Below are positions 39,592 through 52,290 of a DNA stretch of 64,000 bases, piece after piece (position 1 is the first letter of the stretch; each line of letters begins with the position of its first letter). The notes beneath the pieces were generated by a model. It had not been told where the DNA came from. It searched no databases and was given only the letters and a program-made list of their open reading frames with translations. The stretch comes from Chiloscyllium plagiosum. Its lineage: Eukaryota. The position numbers were made by a program, and so were the translations under genes. Location of the stretch: the NCBI RefSeq assembly GCF_004010195.1, contig NC_057720.1, positions 11,968,543-12,032,542 of the forward strand, in the 5' to 3' direction.

Positions 39592-41934
39592 CTGTGAAAT
39601 AGAAATGACAACACAATTCGGCATTGAAAATTTGGAGTAGCTGAGATTCCTGCTGCACATCCATTTCATTGTCTCCCTGGACTATTAGCACTAATATTGA
39701 TGGCTTCTGCAACGAAACACTTTGAAAGAATAATTCAGTTCAAATTACTCTATGCTGAGCAATCCACTATCAGAGGTCATCATCATAACAGAAATCTCTC
39801 CCGAAAGAGGATTTGTAACTATAGCAAAGTTCAAATGGACCATACAGAATGGATTAAGGCCAGTTGACTTATCATGCTTGTGCCAGCTTTGGGAAAGAAC
39901 TATTCAATTCTTTCCACCCCTCTGTCTTTCACTACTACACCACAGAAACATTTCCTCTTCGACTTTCCCACTTGAAAATTATTATTGAATTTGCTTCCAT
40001 CCACCTTTCAGGAAGTCAATTTTAAATCATAAATAACTACAGTAAGAAATACGCTTCTTTGCATCCTTTCTGGTCTCCTCTATACCCTTCCTTGCAATGC
40101 CCTTTTCCCTGTGACATCCCAAATGTCAAATCCCAGTGACATCCCAAATGGTCATAATGGAAAAATAAAAGGAAGGTTATAAATCTCCTATTAATAGATT
40201 TCCATTAGCACTACACCTAAAGACATTCTTCCTCGTGAGCGAAATATTCAGACTACTTTTCTGTCAGACAGGAATAAATTATATTCAGAAGCAAAGAGTA
40301 GTTGTTAGTTTGTTACGATCCCTATGAAGATTCACTGAATGATCCTGCCGTGAAGAAATTACCAGCAAAGTTTACTAAGTACGAGATTTTGCAATTTTTT
40401 TTTGATAGGAATCAAAATGACCACAGTAATTGCAGTCTTAACTGATTAAAATGATCCCTTGAAAACATTTGAAGACGAGCAGGTACATTTTCCGAGGTTC
40501 CTGATCAACATGGATTGCTCAGCCAGAAATTATTTAATCAATTATCTTATTGCTGCTTGTGGGAGCATGTTGTGCACAGACTGGCTGCTACAATACCTAA
40601 ATTTAAGCAGCAACGACATTTCAAATTATTGCACACTGGTTCTTACGTACATTGGGAGGTCCTGGTGAAAGACACTGCACAAGTGCAAGTTCTTTCTATC
40701 AAAGTTATGTTAAAGTCCAAGTTACAATTTCAAGGCACTCTAACGCTGTCTAATTTTCTTAACCATTACACCAGCAATAAAGAATGGGAGCACATGCATA
40801 ATATACATTACTTCATACACAATCAGTTACTTTTGAAGTGCAGTGTCTTCCATATAGGCAGACCATTTTGCATAACAGATGATCAATCTTACAGCTTTTG
40901 TGGTCTCTGATCAAAGGAGCAGTGTTTTCTAGTAGATGAGGATTCAACCCAGCCATCTTCAAACTTAAAATTTAACCAGTGGCTTGTTCATATTTTTAAA
41001 GCTTATTGCCAGAAAACCACTCCAAACTGGAGTAGTGGTATTTCATATGAACTGTGTCACAGCTAAACTGCTTGACCTAGAGGCTCTATTTTCCAGTTAC
41101 AAAAAGATCACCTTGATCCTGCTGTGGTATGATATATTGGCCAAGTGTTCACTTTGCTTTTCCATGATATTGGAGTATCATTAAAAAAAAATGACCTTAA
41201 CAGAAATGATTCATTTTTGTCAAGATCTCCTAAATTAAGTCTTGAATTTTGTCAGACCACTTTGCCAGTTAATAGACTTAACAGCCCCTTTGTTATACTA
41301 TTCTATATAGGAGAAAATGTTCTCTCTTCTCCTGTAGTGCAATTCAGTCAGTGGCTGTTATTAAGGTGGTGCCCCAAGGGAAAAATTCTATTCAAACACA
41401 AACATCATGTGTCATTTGTTCGAATGTATTTTTGATTAGAATCTTTTTTTGTTGATTTAACTTTTCCAATTAACTTATTTTGCAGTTTATTCTAAACCTC
41501 CTTCCCAACTGAAGTCCAAATCAAGTGTAATTATTTTAGCAGCATTATTCTACAGTCTTCATGACTAATACGTGCAGGCGCATGATAAAATCATTAGTTG
41601 GAGGAAATGGGAAGTGTTTTGTTCCCTGCATATGTTGCAAATTTAAAAAGATATCCTGCCAAGTGAAAACATTGACACTGGGATCACCTGAAAAGTGGTT
41701 TCAAGCAAACAGAAATATTGAGAGAGAGTGTATAAATATCCAGTACAAAACTGCATCTTTGGAAAGAGTAATTACTTATCGTCAGCTCAAATTAGCTTTG
41801 TACTTTAAACAATAGATGTTAAAATTAGATGATTTTTCAGGGATTTGACAGAGAAATACTGAAAGGCAACCTTATCAGCTTTACACTTTAAAAATCCAAA
41901 TGGCATTAAAATACAGCATTTATCAGTTTCATAC

Positions 41935-43490
41935 CATCCCTACAGTGTGGAAGCAGGCCATTCAGCCCATCAGGTCTGCACTAACTTTCCGAAGAGCATC
42001 CCATCTTCTTACCCTATCCCTACAACCTGGCATTTCCCATGGCTAATCCATCTAGCCTGCACATTCCTGAACACTATGGGCAATTTAGCACAGTTAATCC
42101 ACCTAACCTTCACATCTCTGGACTGTGTGAGGAAACCTACACAGACACAGGGAGAATGTCGAAAAGCGTGGTGCTGGAAAAGCACAGCAGGTCACGCAGC
42201 ATCCGAGGAGCAGGAGAGTCGATGTTTTAAGCATAAGCTCTTCATCAAGAATGAGGGAGGGGGCCCAAGGGGGCTGAGAAATTGGAGGAGGCGGGGGCTG
42301 AGGGGAAGATAGCTGGCAATGTGATTGGTAGATGAAAGTGGGGAGTGATGGTGATAGGTCAGAGAGGAGGGTGGAGCAGATAGGTGGGAAGGGAGATGGA
42401 CAGGTAGGACAGTTCAAGAGGGCAGTGTCGAGTCAGAGGGTTGGATCTGGGATGAGGTGGCGGGAGGGGAAATGAGGAAACTGGTGAAATCAACATTGAT
42501 CCCGTGTGGTTGGAGGATCCCAAGGCAGAAGATAAGGCGTTCTTCCTCCAGGTGTCGGGTGGCTAGAGTTTGGCTCTGCATGTCCTTGGCAGAGTAGAAA
42601 GGGAGTTGAAGTATTCAGCCTCAGGGCTATGAGGTTGATTGGTGCGTGTGTCCCAGCAATGGTTCTCTGAAACATTCCACAAGTTGGCGTCCTGTCTCCC
42701 CAATGTGGGGGAGACCACAGAGAGCAGCGGACACAGTAGATGACATGGGTGGAACTACAGGTAAATCTCTGTCAGATGTGGAGGTTCCTTTGTAGCCTTG
42801 GACGGAGGTGAGGGGGGAGGCGTGGGTGTAGGTTTTGCGCTTCTTGCAGTGGCGAGGAAAGGTGCTGGGCGGGGAGGGTAGGTTGGTCAGGGGCGGCGTG
42901 AACCTAACAAGGGAATCATGGACGGACTGGTCTCTGCAGAATGCAGATAGGGGTGGGGAAGGAAAGATATACCTGGTGGTGGGGTCTGTTTGTATGTGGG
43001 GACCAAAGGGGATCCGTCCTTGTTGCGATTGGAGGGGTGGGTTTCAAGGGCAGGGGTGTGGAGATGTTATGGAGGGTATCGTTGATCACGTGGGAGAGGA
43101 AATTATGTCCCTGAAGGAGGAGGCCATCTACAATGCTTTATGGTGGAATTAGTTCTCCTGGGAGCAGATGCGGCAGAGGTGGAGGAATTCGGAAAAAGGA
43201 GGCAGGGGAGGAGGAGGTGTAGTCCAGGTAGTTGTGGGAGTCTGTTTGTTTGAAATTTATGTCCATGTTGAGTCCGTCGCCAGAAATAGAGTTAGAAAGG
43301 TCCAGGCAGGGCCTCTGCTGCATGTTCTCCCAGGAGGACCAATTCCTCCACAGAACATTCCAGACAGCCTTCTCCTTCTCCCTACTGGGAGAATGTGCAG
43401 ATTCCACACAATCTATCCAAGGCTGGAATCAAACCAGTGTCCCTGGTGCTGGGAGGTAGCTGTGCTAACCACTGAGCTACTGTGCCACCC
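41935..43490 (-). mobile_element. HE1-like SINE split by a Neptune-type PLE (PLE at 42160-43386)
   Basis: SINE halves at 41935-42159 and 43397-43490; TSD gggagaatgt at 42150-42159 and 43387-43396. The PLE carries KQTDSHNYLDYTSS RT-thumb and GIY-YIG remnants. Confidence 0.88.
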
Positions 43491-45957
43491 ATCATTGTTA
43501 CAGATAGCAGCAAAAGGAAGATGTTGACTATTATTTTTATAATTACCTATAATGTATAGCGTTGATTTTACTCCAAACTAAAATTTGGAAATAAATTACT
43601 TTGGAAGTAATGTTAATTATTCACATCCCCACAAGGCATTCAGATTCACTGCAGCTGCAAATGAATTGGATCAGTTTTTACTGCAGAACTACGTGGCAGA
43701 TTCAAATGAATTTGCATTGTAACATTTGAATTGCTGCCAGGTGAGCTGACTTCACAATTACCTTCTTTCTGCAGCACCAATTCATAGTTGTAAATTTAAT
43801 TAGCTGGACTTTATGCAGAAAATTCATAGCTTTTTGACTTTCAAATGTTTATTCAAGACCATTTTGTAAGATGCAATAAACTGATTTTAACACAATGTCT
43901 GGGAGCCCTGCATGATATGCATAACAAAGTCAGGTTGCTGCCAAAGCTTTATCACGATGAGAGAATTATTATAGTGCTTTAACATACGCTGAAGAGCACA
44001 GTGACTTTATAGAGGCATACAAAAATGAGAAAGGTACAAATTCAGAACCCTATTTTAAAGGTAAGCAATGACATCAAGACAAGTTCCAACTAACAAAAAG
44101 CCAAGTTAAATCCAATAGGAGATATATTGAATGACAGAGCTAAAAATGAATGTAATTGACCAGAGTAGTGTAGTTAAAACAAAATTCTAGAATCATTTCG
44201 GTAGCAGCTTTTTTTCCCAGAGGTAGCCTGAACTCGAATAGCTCGACAACACACGGACAGCATGTAGAATTTATCACTTTGTAGAATCAACCCATTTATG
44301 GCAGCTTGTCTGGATCAATAGTCAACATCTTTACAATCAATGTTGCACCAGTAATTTATGCATCATCTTACAATATAATGTCACCATCTAGTGATTAACA
44401 TTCCCAAATGCTCCAATTGATACATCTAAGTATTCTTCAAAATCTATCAATATCCTTTAACTAAAACAACCATGCGAGACTCCACAATAACTGCTGATGC
44501 TCAAAACAAGTTAAAGCTCAAAATAACCACACCAGTCTAAAATACATACTTGAAGTTACCAACTAAATTTTCTTTGCTTCTTATTGTTACTTATCAATTT
44601 ACTTATAACTTCTGTCAATAATACAGGCACCATGGTACTGCAACTGATAACACTTTTTATTGTATTTTTCTTGTACAAGTATAACAATAAATTCTAAGTT
44701 CTACGCCACTTTAAAACCGAGCTATGTCTGACTAAAACTTTTTACCACACAGTATTTTCACATTTATTATCCCAAGTTTACATACCTTGAGTCATAAAAC
44801 AACTATAAAACCACAAACCCATGAACTGACATTTTTGCTGGAAGCATGGCTATTTTTCCTGACAATTAATCCCAATTAAACCTGACTAAGCAATGGAGAA
44901 ATTAAATATCAAAATTATTAAATATTAAAAATAAATCAAACTATATTGAAAGGGGAGAGTGACAGCTGGATTGTCCTAATTGGAACAGTTCTGAAGAACC
45001 AATCATCGTTCCTTACTCGTACCCACTACCTATGCAAATCACTGGTTAGATATTACCTGTATTTCAGTCTCCAACCACTGGGGATTTGCATAAATAGTAC
45101 ATGTACTCTATAAACACAATCTTTTTAGATTTAAGAACTTTAGGGTCAGAAAAATTCAATGTAAGAATAGAAACTGTGGAATGAATACATATATATTTTG
45201 TTCAGACAATGCAGACCAATTTAACTTGTATGTTGAACAAGATGGGCTGCAAAGAAGGGAGAATGAAGACAACTTCAGAGAGGTTTTGATCGTGATGTAA
45301 CTTGACCACATCATAAAGACCAAAAATAATTAATGCCAATGCACTGCACTAAAGAGGGCCCCAAATAATAAATTAAACAAGAAATAAGGCAAAGAATTAG
45401 GAACTGTCCAGTCAATGAATTATTTCAGGTGAGCGGACAAATATTATTAGTCGGTTAAGTATGGGATCAGGCACAGCAAGCTCCCACAAGCACCGCCATA
45501 ATGACTTGATAATTTGTTTTAGGGACGTTGATTAAGATGGTGATTGCATCAGAACTAGAACTTTCTTCCCACAGTTGCAGCCAGACCCACTGAAATTCTC
45601 CAGTGATTTCTGTCTTTTCACCAGGAGAACTCCTTTGATCTTTCAAAACTGATGAGGTATATATGGTCCCTGTTTAAAATCCATTGTAAAGATGGGAGAT
45701 TTGGCCTGGACTTTGTGCTCAAGTGATACTGTATCTCTCAAACGTCTGACCAAAGTGCAGATATTACTATAATTACAACCAGGCCCGTTAGGTTTCCTCA
45801 TCCAAACAGATCTTTTCATGACTTACATGCCTCAAATGCAGATATAACATTTAAAGTCATGAACTGGCAGCATTACTGGTTTGCCAGGTTTGGGATAAAT
45901 CAAAATCTGTTTGAATACAGGACTACTATTCTACATGCCTTTCTACAGAAAACAAAG

Positions 45958-46198
45958 GAGAAAGTGAGGACTGCAGATGCTGGAGATCAGAGCTGAAAAT
46001 GTGTTGCTGGAAAAGCGCAGCAGGTCAGGCAGCATTCAAGGAGCAGGAGAATCGACGTTTCGGGCATGAGCCCGAAGAAGGCCCGAGTAAGGCCCGAAGA
46101 AGCCATTCCTGAAGAAGGGCTCATGCCCGAAACGTTTGATTCTCCTGCTCCTTGGATGCCGCCTGACCTGCTGCGCTTTTCCAGCGACACATTTCCAG
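45958..46198. mobile_element. PLE family-1 fold-back mini-insertion with hammerhead (46105-46140, +)
   Basis: Inverted arms of about 80 bp; TSD tacagaaaacaaag at 45944-45957 and 46199-46212. Confidence 0.85.
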
Positions 46199-46232
46199 TA
46201 CAGAAAACAAAGCACCAGCCATCAAGAGTTAC

Positions 46233-46359
46233 CTGTAGAAGAGCACATAAGCTTCTGCATTCTGCACAGTTGATTCAGACACTTCCATCACATTCTGGTC
46301 ATCAAATTCAAACCATCGATTATTCAGATCATTTAGGCAATAAGCTGTATAATGACCAC
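46233..46359 (-). CDS. USP33: USP33 catalytic His-box exon: (C)[41 protein letters not shown](R)
   Basis: ctctag acceptor, gtaact donor; 127 nt. GHY catalytic His, W.xFDD acidic motif and the AYVLFY end of the USP domain. Confidence 0.97.
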
Positions 46360-46659
46360 CTAGAGTTAGAATAATACAAACATCTGTAAATTGTATGTGG
46401 AGGAACTGAAAAATCACAGATTATAAATTATGACCATTGGCTTAGTGACAGAAAAGCTTGACAGTGTTGTTGAACTGAGGATCTTAAATAACATTTTTGA
46501 AGTCCTGAAACCAACAGTCTTCAACAATACTACTTCACCACAAATGCAGTGAAGCAGGCATAGGCATATCTTCCCTCTTTCTCTCCTCTGGGCAAACTAT
46601 AAAGAAGTGAGCAGTTTCCAAAGTCATAACCTATGAGATCAAGAACTTGATTAACTTCA

Positions 46660-47225
46660 CCTTCAAGACTTGGCAACATATCCCATACGAGGTCCAGTAT
46701 CTTCAGGCCCCTTATCAAAGGAACATATACTGGCCTTTGCAGCAGTCCAGTAAAGGTTCACTAAGTTGATATTAAGTATGGAGGGACTATCTTAGTAGGA
46801 GAGGTTGAGTAGCTTGGGCCTGTAGTCAATGAAATTTAGAAGAATCAGAGGCGATCTTATCGAAACATTCAAGATTCTTAAGACACTCGACAGGATAAAT
46901 GAGGAAAGATAGTCTCTCTTGTGGGAGAGTCTGGGACCACAGGGTATAATCTCAGATCAAGGGGTCGCACATTTAAGATGGAGATGAGAAGGAGTTTCTA
47001 CTTCAGATGGCTGTAAATCTGTAGAACTCTTTACTCTCGAGGGCTGTCGAAGCTGAGTTGTTAAGTACGTTCAGGGCTGAGATAGACAGATTTTTAATCA
47101 GTGCGGAGATGAAGGGTTATAGGGATATGGCAGGAAAATGGAGTTGAGATCATCCAGGATATAATTTCGTGGTGAAGCAGATTTGATGGGCTGAATGACA
47201 TATTTTTGCTCCTATATCTTATGAT
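46660..47225 (+). mobile_element. CR1 LINE 3' fragment
   Basis: Remnants of AVQ.RFT.LI..M.GLSY.ERL..LGL and RGDLIETFKIL plus a CR1 tail. Confidence 0.82.
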
Positions 47226-48486
47226 CACCCAATTCATCCTCTTCCAGCAATTGATTTCAATTGTTTCCAGTGGGCTGATACAATACCAACTTCAACCAAC
47301 CTCTCCGGCAATTCACTCTATAAGCAGATGAAAGCAGGGTCACCCAAGATTTAATGCTCTCCTAATCCTTCTTTTACCCCAACACCCATCTTTTCTTTTA
47401 TCTGTTGGACAGCACTGCAGTGAATGATTACAGTTCTTAAATAATAACTTGGGTAAAGTTGAAAAGCACCACGAAATAAAGGAATTTGGGACTTCTGGCT
47501 TTACATAAAAGAGATACTGAATATAATACGCAGGTGGTTAAAGTGAATTTATATAAAGCATTGATTAGGTTCATTAAACTACAGCACGCTTTATACAAGG
47601 GCAGAGTTCAGGAAAACAGCAAAGTTTAAATAGCTATGTAGAGAGATATAAAATATTCAGGGCTTTTTTCACTAGAAACAAGAGGAGATTAAATCAATGA
47701 AAAGCTTAGAGTGGTTAAGAAGCAACAGAACATTTCCACTGATCAGCAAACTCTAAAGTCGAATGGTCATTAGAAGATGTTCAAGGGAGAAGTTGGAAGA
47801 GGCATCAAATGAATGTATAATTATTTACCAATATTGGGACCAGTGCTACAACATTGAAAATTGAGGGTATCACAGACAAAATGAGCAAAACCACTTCTGG
47901 AATTTCTACAGATCTATGAAACATATTTTACTATATAGCAACAAAAATGACTTGCAGACGTAAACCACATGACCATATGACATTCAAAAGCTCTCAGAAG
48001 CATAGTTACTGTCGAAATGTAGGAAACATGAGAGCCAATTTGCCGAGACCTTGCTGAATAGTGAAATAATCACTAATAATCATCATTCGGGAGGTAAATA
48101 ATGGAAACAAAAGATTGTTTGTTAGTCTAAGCAAATTGTAATCAGGTGAAGAAAACCTGCAGAACAGCAAAATGTAACAGATTAAACCAAAAAAAAGCAT
48201 TTTAATGCAGCATGAAAGGTAGCGATAATCAATCTTTAAGTGATTGGGTCAAATTATTAGCCATACAACACGAGAACTCTTTACTCTTCCAATACTGAAA
48301 TGGGACTCAAGATCCCAACTCAATTACTAGAATACGCAGATGGGTCCTCAGATTTGGACTCCACCTGAAGCAAATTACACTGCCTTTAATTAAAAAAAAC
48401 TTGCAATACCTTTCACAACAAAGCAACAGTTTGAGCACTATTAAAAGCACTACAATATTACAAGGCGACATATTGGTGATACTCAC

Positions 48487-48667
48487 AACTGGCAGTGCCA
48501 TGATGACAGATTACTGATAAGAGATTATAAGTTGTGATTTGAGGCGAGCTGTCTTTAGCAAGGAAAGGTTGAAGATCAAGACTTTCTAAAGGGAATGACA
48601 CATGGCTGTTGATTTTGGTGGAAAACATGAGCTCATGTCTGAATCGCTTCAAGTGAATGCACAAAAT
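48487..48667 (-). CDS. USP33: USP33 coding exon: [60 protein letters not shown]
   Basis: gtag acceptor, gtgagt donor; 181 nt. USP LxIHLKRF motif and start of the His box. Confidence 0.97.
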
Positions 48668-49024
48668 CTACAATAAAATAAATCAATTACAACAACACTA
48701 TTAGATCTCTGATGCGCTTGACATATAAACAATTAGTTTAAAATGAAGTGATTTATATCAGCAAACATGGCAGACATTCTGTGCAAAACAAGATTCCACA
48801 GATAGCAATAAGATAAATGGCCTCAGCTTATATGTTCAAGTACTGGAATGGGGTTTGAATACACAACGTCTGACTCAGGAAGAATGCTACCACAAAATAA
48901 AATGGACATATGGCACGCAGGTTCACCAGTGGGAAACCCACCAGCTCAACCATTATGATAGGAATCTTCCACAAACAAAATGTTGTGGAAACGGATTGAT
49001 TGGTAGTTGTGCTCCCTCATGTGT

Positions 49025-49690
49025 CAGAGTTGAAAAGTGTGGTGCCGGAAAAGCATAGCAGGTCAGGTAGCATCCGAGGAGCAGAACAGTCGACGTTTCG
49101 GGCATGAGCCCTTTGTCAGGAATGTGGAGGGAGAAGGGGGATGACAGATTAATATAGGGATGGGTGGGGCTGGAGGGAAGGTAAGTGAGATGGTGACAGG
49201 NNNNNNNNNNNNNNNNNNGGTAGGGAGGGTACAATGGATAGGTGGGAAGGAAGATGCACAGATAGGACAGGCCAAGAGGGTGATGCCAAGATAGAGGGTT
49301 GGATCTGGGATGATATGGGGGGAGGGAAGAGGAGATTTGGAAACTAGTGAAGTCAATGTTGATGCCGTTGGAGGGTCCCAAGGTAGAAGATGAGGCGTTC
49401 TTCCTCCAGTTGGTGGGCAGCTTTGATTTGGCAGAGGATGAGGCCCAGGATGTGCATGCACTTGGGGGATGCGTGAGGGGAAATGGGAGTAGTTAGCCAC
49501 AGGATGGTGGAGTCGTTTGGTGTGTGCAGATCAGAGATGTTCCTGAACCGCTCCACAAGACGGCATCCCGTCTCCTCGATGTAGTCTCCTCTACATTGGG
49601 AGCAACGGATGCGGTAGATGAGGTAGGTGAATGTGCAGGAAACTCTCTGCCAGATTTGAAATTACCCTTTAGGGCCTTGAGAGGGGGGAG
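49025..49690 (-). mobile_element. Neptune-type PLE 3' fragment
   Basis: LEEERLIFYLGTLQ and GINIDFTSF; decayed hammerhead at 49089-49123; contains an 18-N gap (49201-49218). Confidence 0.85.
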
Positions 49691-50013
49691 GGGTGACAAA
49701 AATCAATTTTACTGCCTGACTTGAAAATTATCTGGGATTCATGATAGAACCTTGAATTTTCTGATCATTAGAACAATACTGAGTGCTACCTCCATCCTGT
49801 ACATCAACAGGACAATGCTTACTGTGTTCCCTTTAACTCTGATACATCCCTGCAATTATATAATTGGCAAAGAAATCACAGATTAGTCTATTGTTTAGGG
49901 ATGAAAGAGAAACAACAGCTCGGGATTCTCCATTTTGTACTGAAATCCCAAAGATTGCTGAGCTAAATTTTAAAAATGGAAACATAGGATTTAAAGTGAT
50001 TAAAAATATTTAC

Positions 50014-50059
50014 CTCCGGTAACTTCTGCACTTTGCAGAATTTAACACCATTTCGCAAT
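50014..50059 (-). CDS. USP33: USP33 coding exon: (K)LRNGVKFCKVQKLPE
   Basis: tcctcttccag acceptor, gtaaat donor; 46 nt, in phase. Confidence 0.95.
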
Positions 50060-51489
50060 CTGGAAGAGGAAAAATAGTGAAATAAGAAAGCTCAGAAAAT
50101 ACAATGGGTCACCTTGCACAGACCATGCACAATTTAGGGATAGATTCAATTGACTGTCAGCTTTCCACCAAAAGATTCGAACAAAACACAACATTAATTC
50201 ATCCAAACAACTCAAATGTTCAACAATGGTGCGAATCTTTCTTCACAAATATATCCTTTACACTACTGCTCCATGGACAGCTTGGTCACACAACTCTATG
50301 CCTGCCCCATCACTTCCAATACACCTTTGCACCATTCCCAGTGCTGTGAAGAATAACTGCTTTTGGTGAAAGCCTGCTGACAAGATAGCAATGGATAAGA
50401 AAGGCGATTTGGCATGTCCTCTCTCATCCATTAATTAAGTGACCACCTCACTTGCAGCAGAGTATTAAACGTCTTAGCTGCACGTGTTTTTGAATAGTGT
50501 ATGAAATTCTTCCTGACATTTCTCACCCCTCATGGCAGGCGAATCCACTATTCTCTTGTTTTGGTACAACTAACTAGAGGTAGTATTTAATATATACAGA
50601 CCATTTAAAAGATATTTGTGCAAATGTAATCATTTTGGACATATACATAATATAGAAGCAAGGTGTAAGCCAGGGAATCTAGGACCAGGGGGTCACAGCC
50701 CAAGGATATGGGATAGGTTAGTTAGGGCCGAGTTGAGAGATTTCATTACCCAGACAGTGCTGAACCTGCACAATCCTCTGTCACAGAAAGCAGCTAAGAC
50801 CAAAACATTTTTTTTTTCCCCAAGGAGTTAGATATAGTTCCAGAGCTAAGAGTACAGGGTGAAAGCAAGAACAGGTACTGAACTGGATGATCAGCTTTGA
50901 TTATAAGGGCTTCGATGGAGGAATCTATTAAGTCTGTACAAGAAAACGTTCTTATTCAGTATGTGGATGCACCTACTTGAGGAGGAGCAATACTTGACCT
51001 TCTGCCGTGCAATAAGTCAGGGCTAGTCATTGAGGTGTCAGTCAGGGAATACTTTGGGGCAAGTGATTATAATTCGATCAGATTTAAATTATGATGTGGA
51101 GGAGCCGGTATTGGACTGGGGTGGACAAAGTTAAAAATCACACAGCACCAGATTATGGTCCAACAGGTTTATTCGGAAGTACAAGCTTTCGGAAGCACTG
51201 CTCTTTCGTCAGGTAGATAGTGGGGCAGGATCATAGGAATTAGAATTTATCGTATAAGATCAAAGTGTCATACAACTGATGCAATGTATTCAGCAAACCT
51301 AGATTGCTGTTAAGTCTTTAATAACTTGGAATGTGTAGCAGGTGATTTCTCAGCTCAGACAATGCATTAAAGGTGTGAGGTTCGAGCCTGTCTGTATTCC
51401 AATCTTGAGTCAGACTGGTTCTATTTCCAAAGTAGGAATTTATAAGATATCAGACAGACTGACTGCCTACAGATTGTGCACTGTTTGAA

Positions 51490-51795
51490 CAAGACAGAGA
51501 GACAGAGAGACAGACAGACAGAGAGACAGACAGACAGAGAGACAGACAGAGAGAGAGACAGACAGAGAGAGAGACAGACAGAGAGAGAGAGAGACACAGA
51601 GAGAGAGAGAGAGAGAGACAGAGAGAGAGACAGAGAGAGAGCACGCATCAGAGTGTGTGCGAGTGTGACGCCGCATATGCCTGTTAGAGGGTGTGCGTGA
51701 GTATGAACGTGGGGGTGTCTGTGTGTCTGAGATAGAGTGTGTGCATGAGACAGAGTCTGTGTGACTGTGTTCGTGCGTGTGAGAGAGAGAGAGAT
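51490..51795. repeat. Compound (GA)n/(GACA)n and degenerate (GT)n microsatellite
   Basis: Directly visible; explains the low-complexity SLSLSV and RERDR ORFs. Confidence 0.95.
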
Positions 51796-52290
51796 CAGGT
51801 TGATGAGAAGTTAGCTTGCTGAGCTTCAAGGTTTGTTTTCAGATGTTTCGTCACCATACTGGTGAACATCATCAGTGAGAGTCTCCAGTGAAGTGCTGGT
51901 GGTATGTCCCACCTCTCTATTGAAAGGTCTTGGTTTGTTAAGGTGGGTGATGTCATTTCCAGTTTTTTTTAAGGGAAGGTAGATAGGGTCTAAATCGATG
52001 TGTTTATTGATGGAGTTCTGGTTAGAATGCCATGCCTTTAAGTATTCTCGTGGATGTCTTTGTTTCGCCTGTCCTAGGATGAGTGTGTTGTCCCAGTCAA
52101 AGTGGCGTCCCTCTTTGTCTGTATGTACAAAAACTAGTGATAGTGGGTTGTGTCTTTTGGTGGTCACTTGGTGTTCATGTATCCCGATGGCAAGTTTCCT
52201 GCTAGTTTGTCCGATGTCGTGTTTTCTTTTTACAGTTCTTGCACGATATCTTGTTAGTTTTGCTGGTGTTATCTATTGGATCCTTGCGGA
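51796..52290 (-). mobile_element. Poseidon-type PLE (family 2) fragment nested in the microsatellite
   Basis: ORF 51826-52167 HFDWDNTLILGQAKQRHPREYLKAWHSNQNSINKHIDLDPIY; hammerhead core at 51839-51878. Confidence 0.82.

Noticed and set aside
51421..51829. ORFs with SLSLSV or RERDR repeats
   Set aside because: These are translations of a GA/GACA microsatellite.
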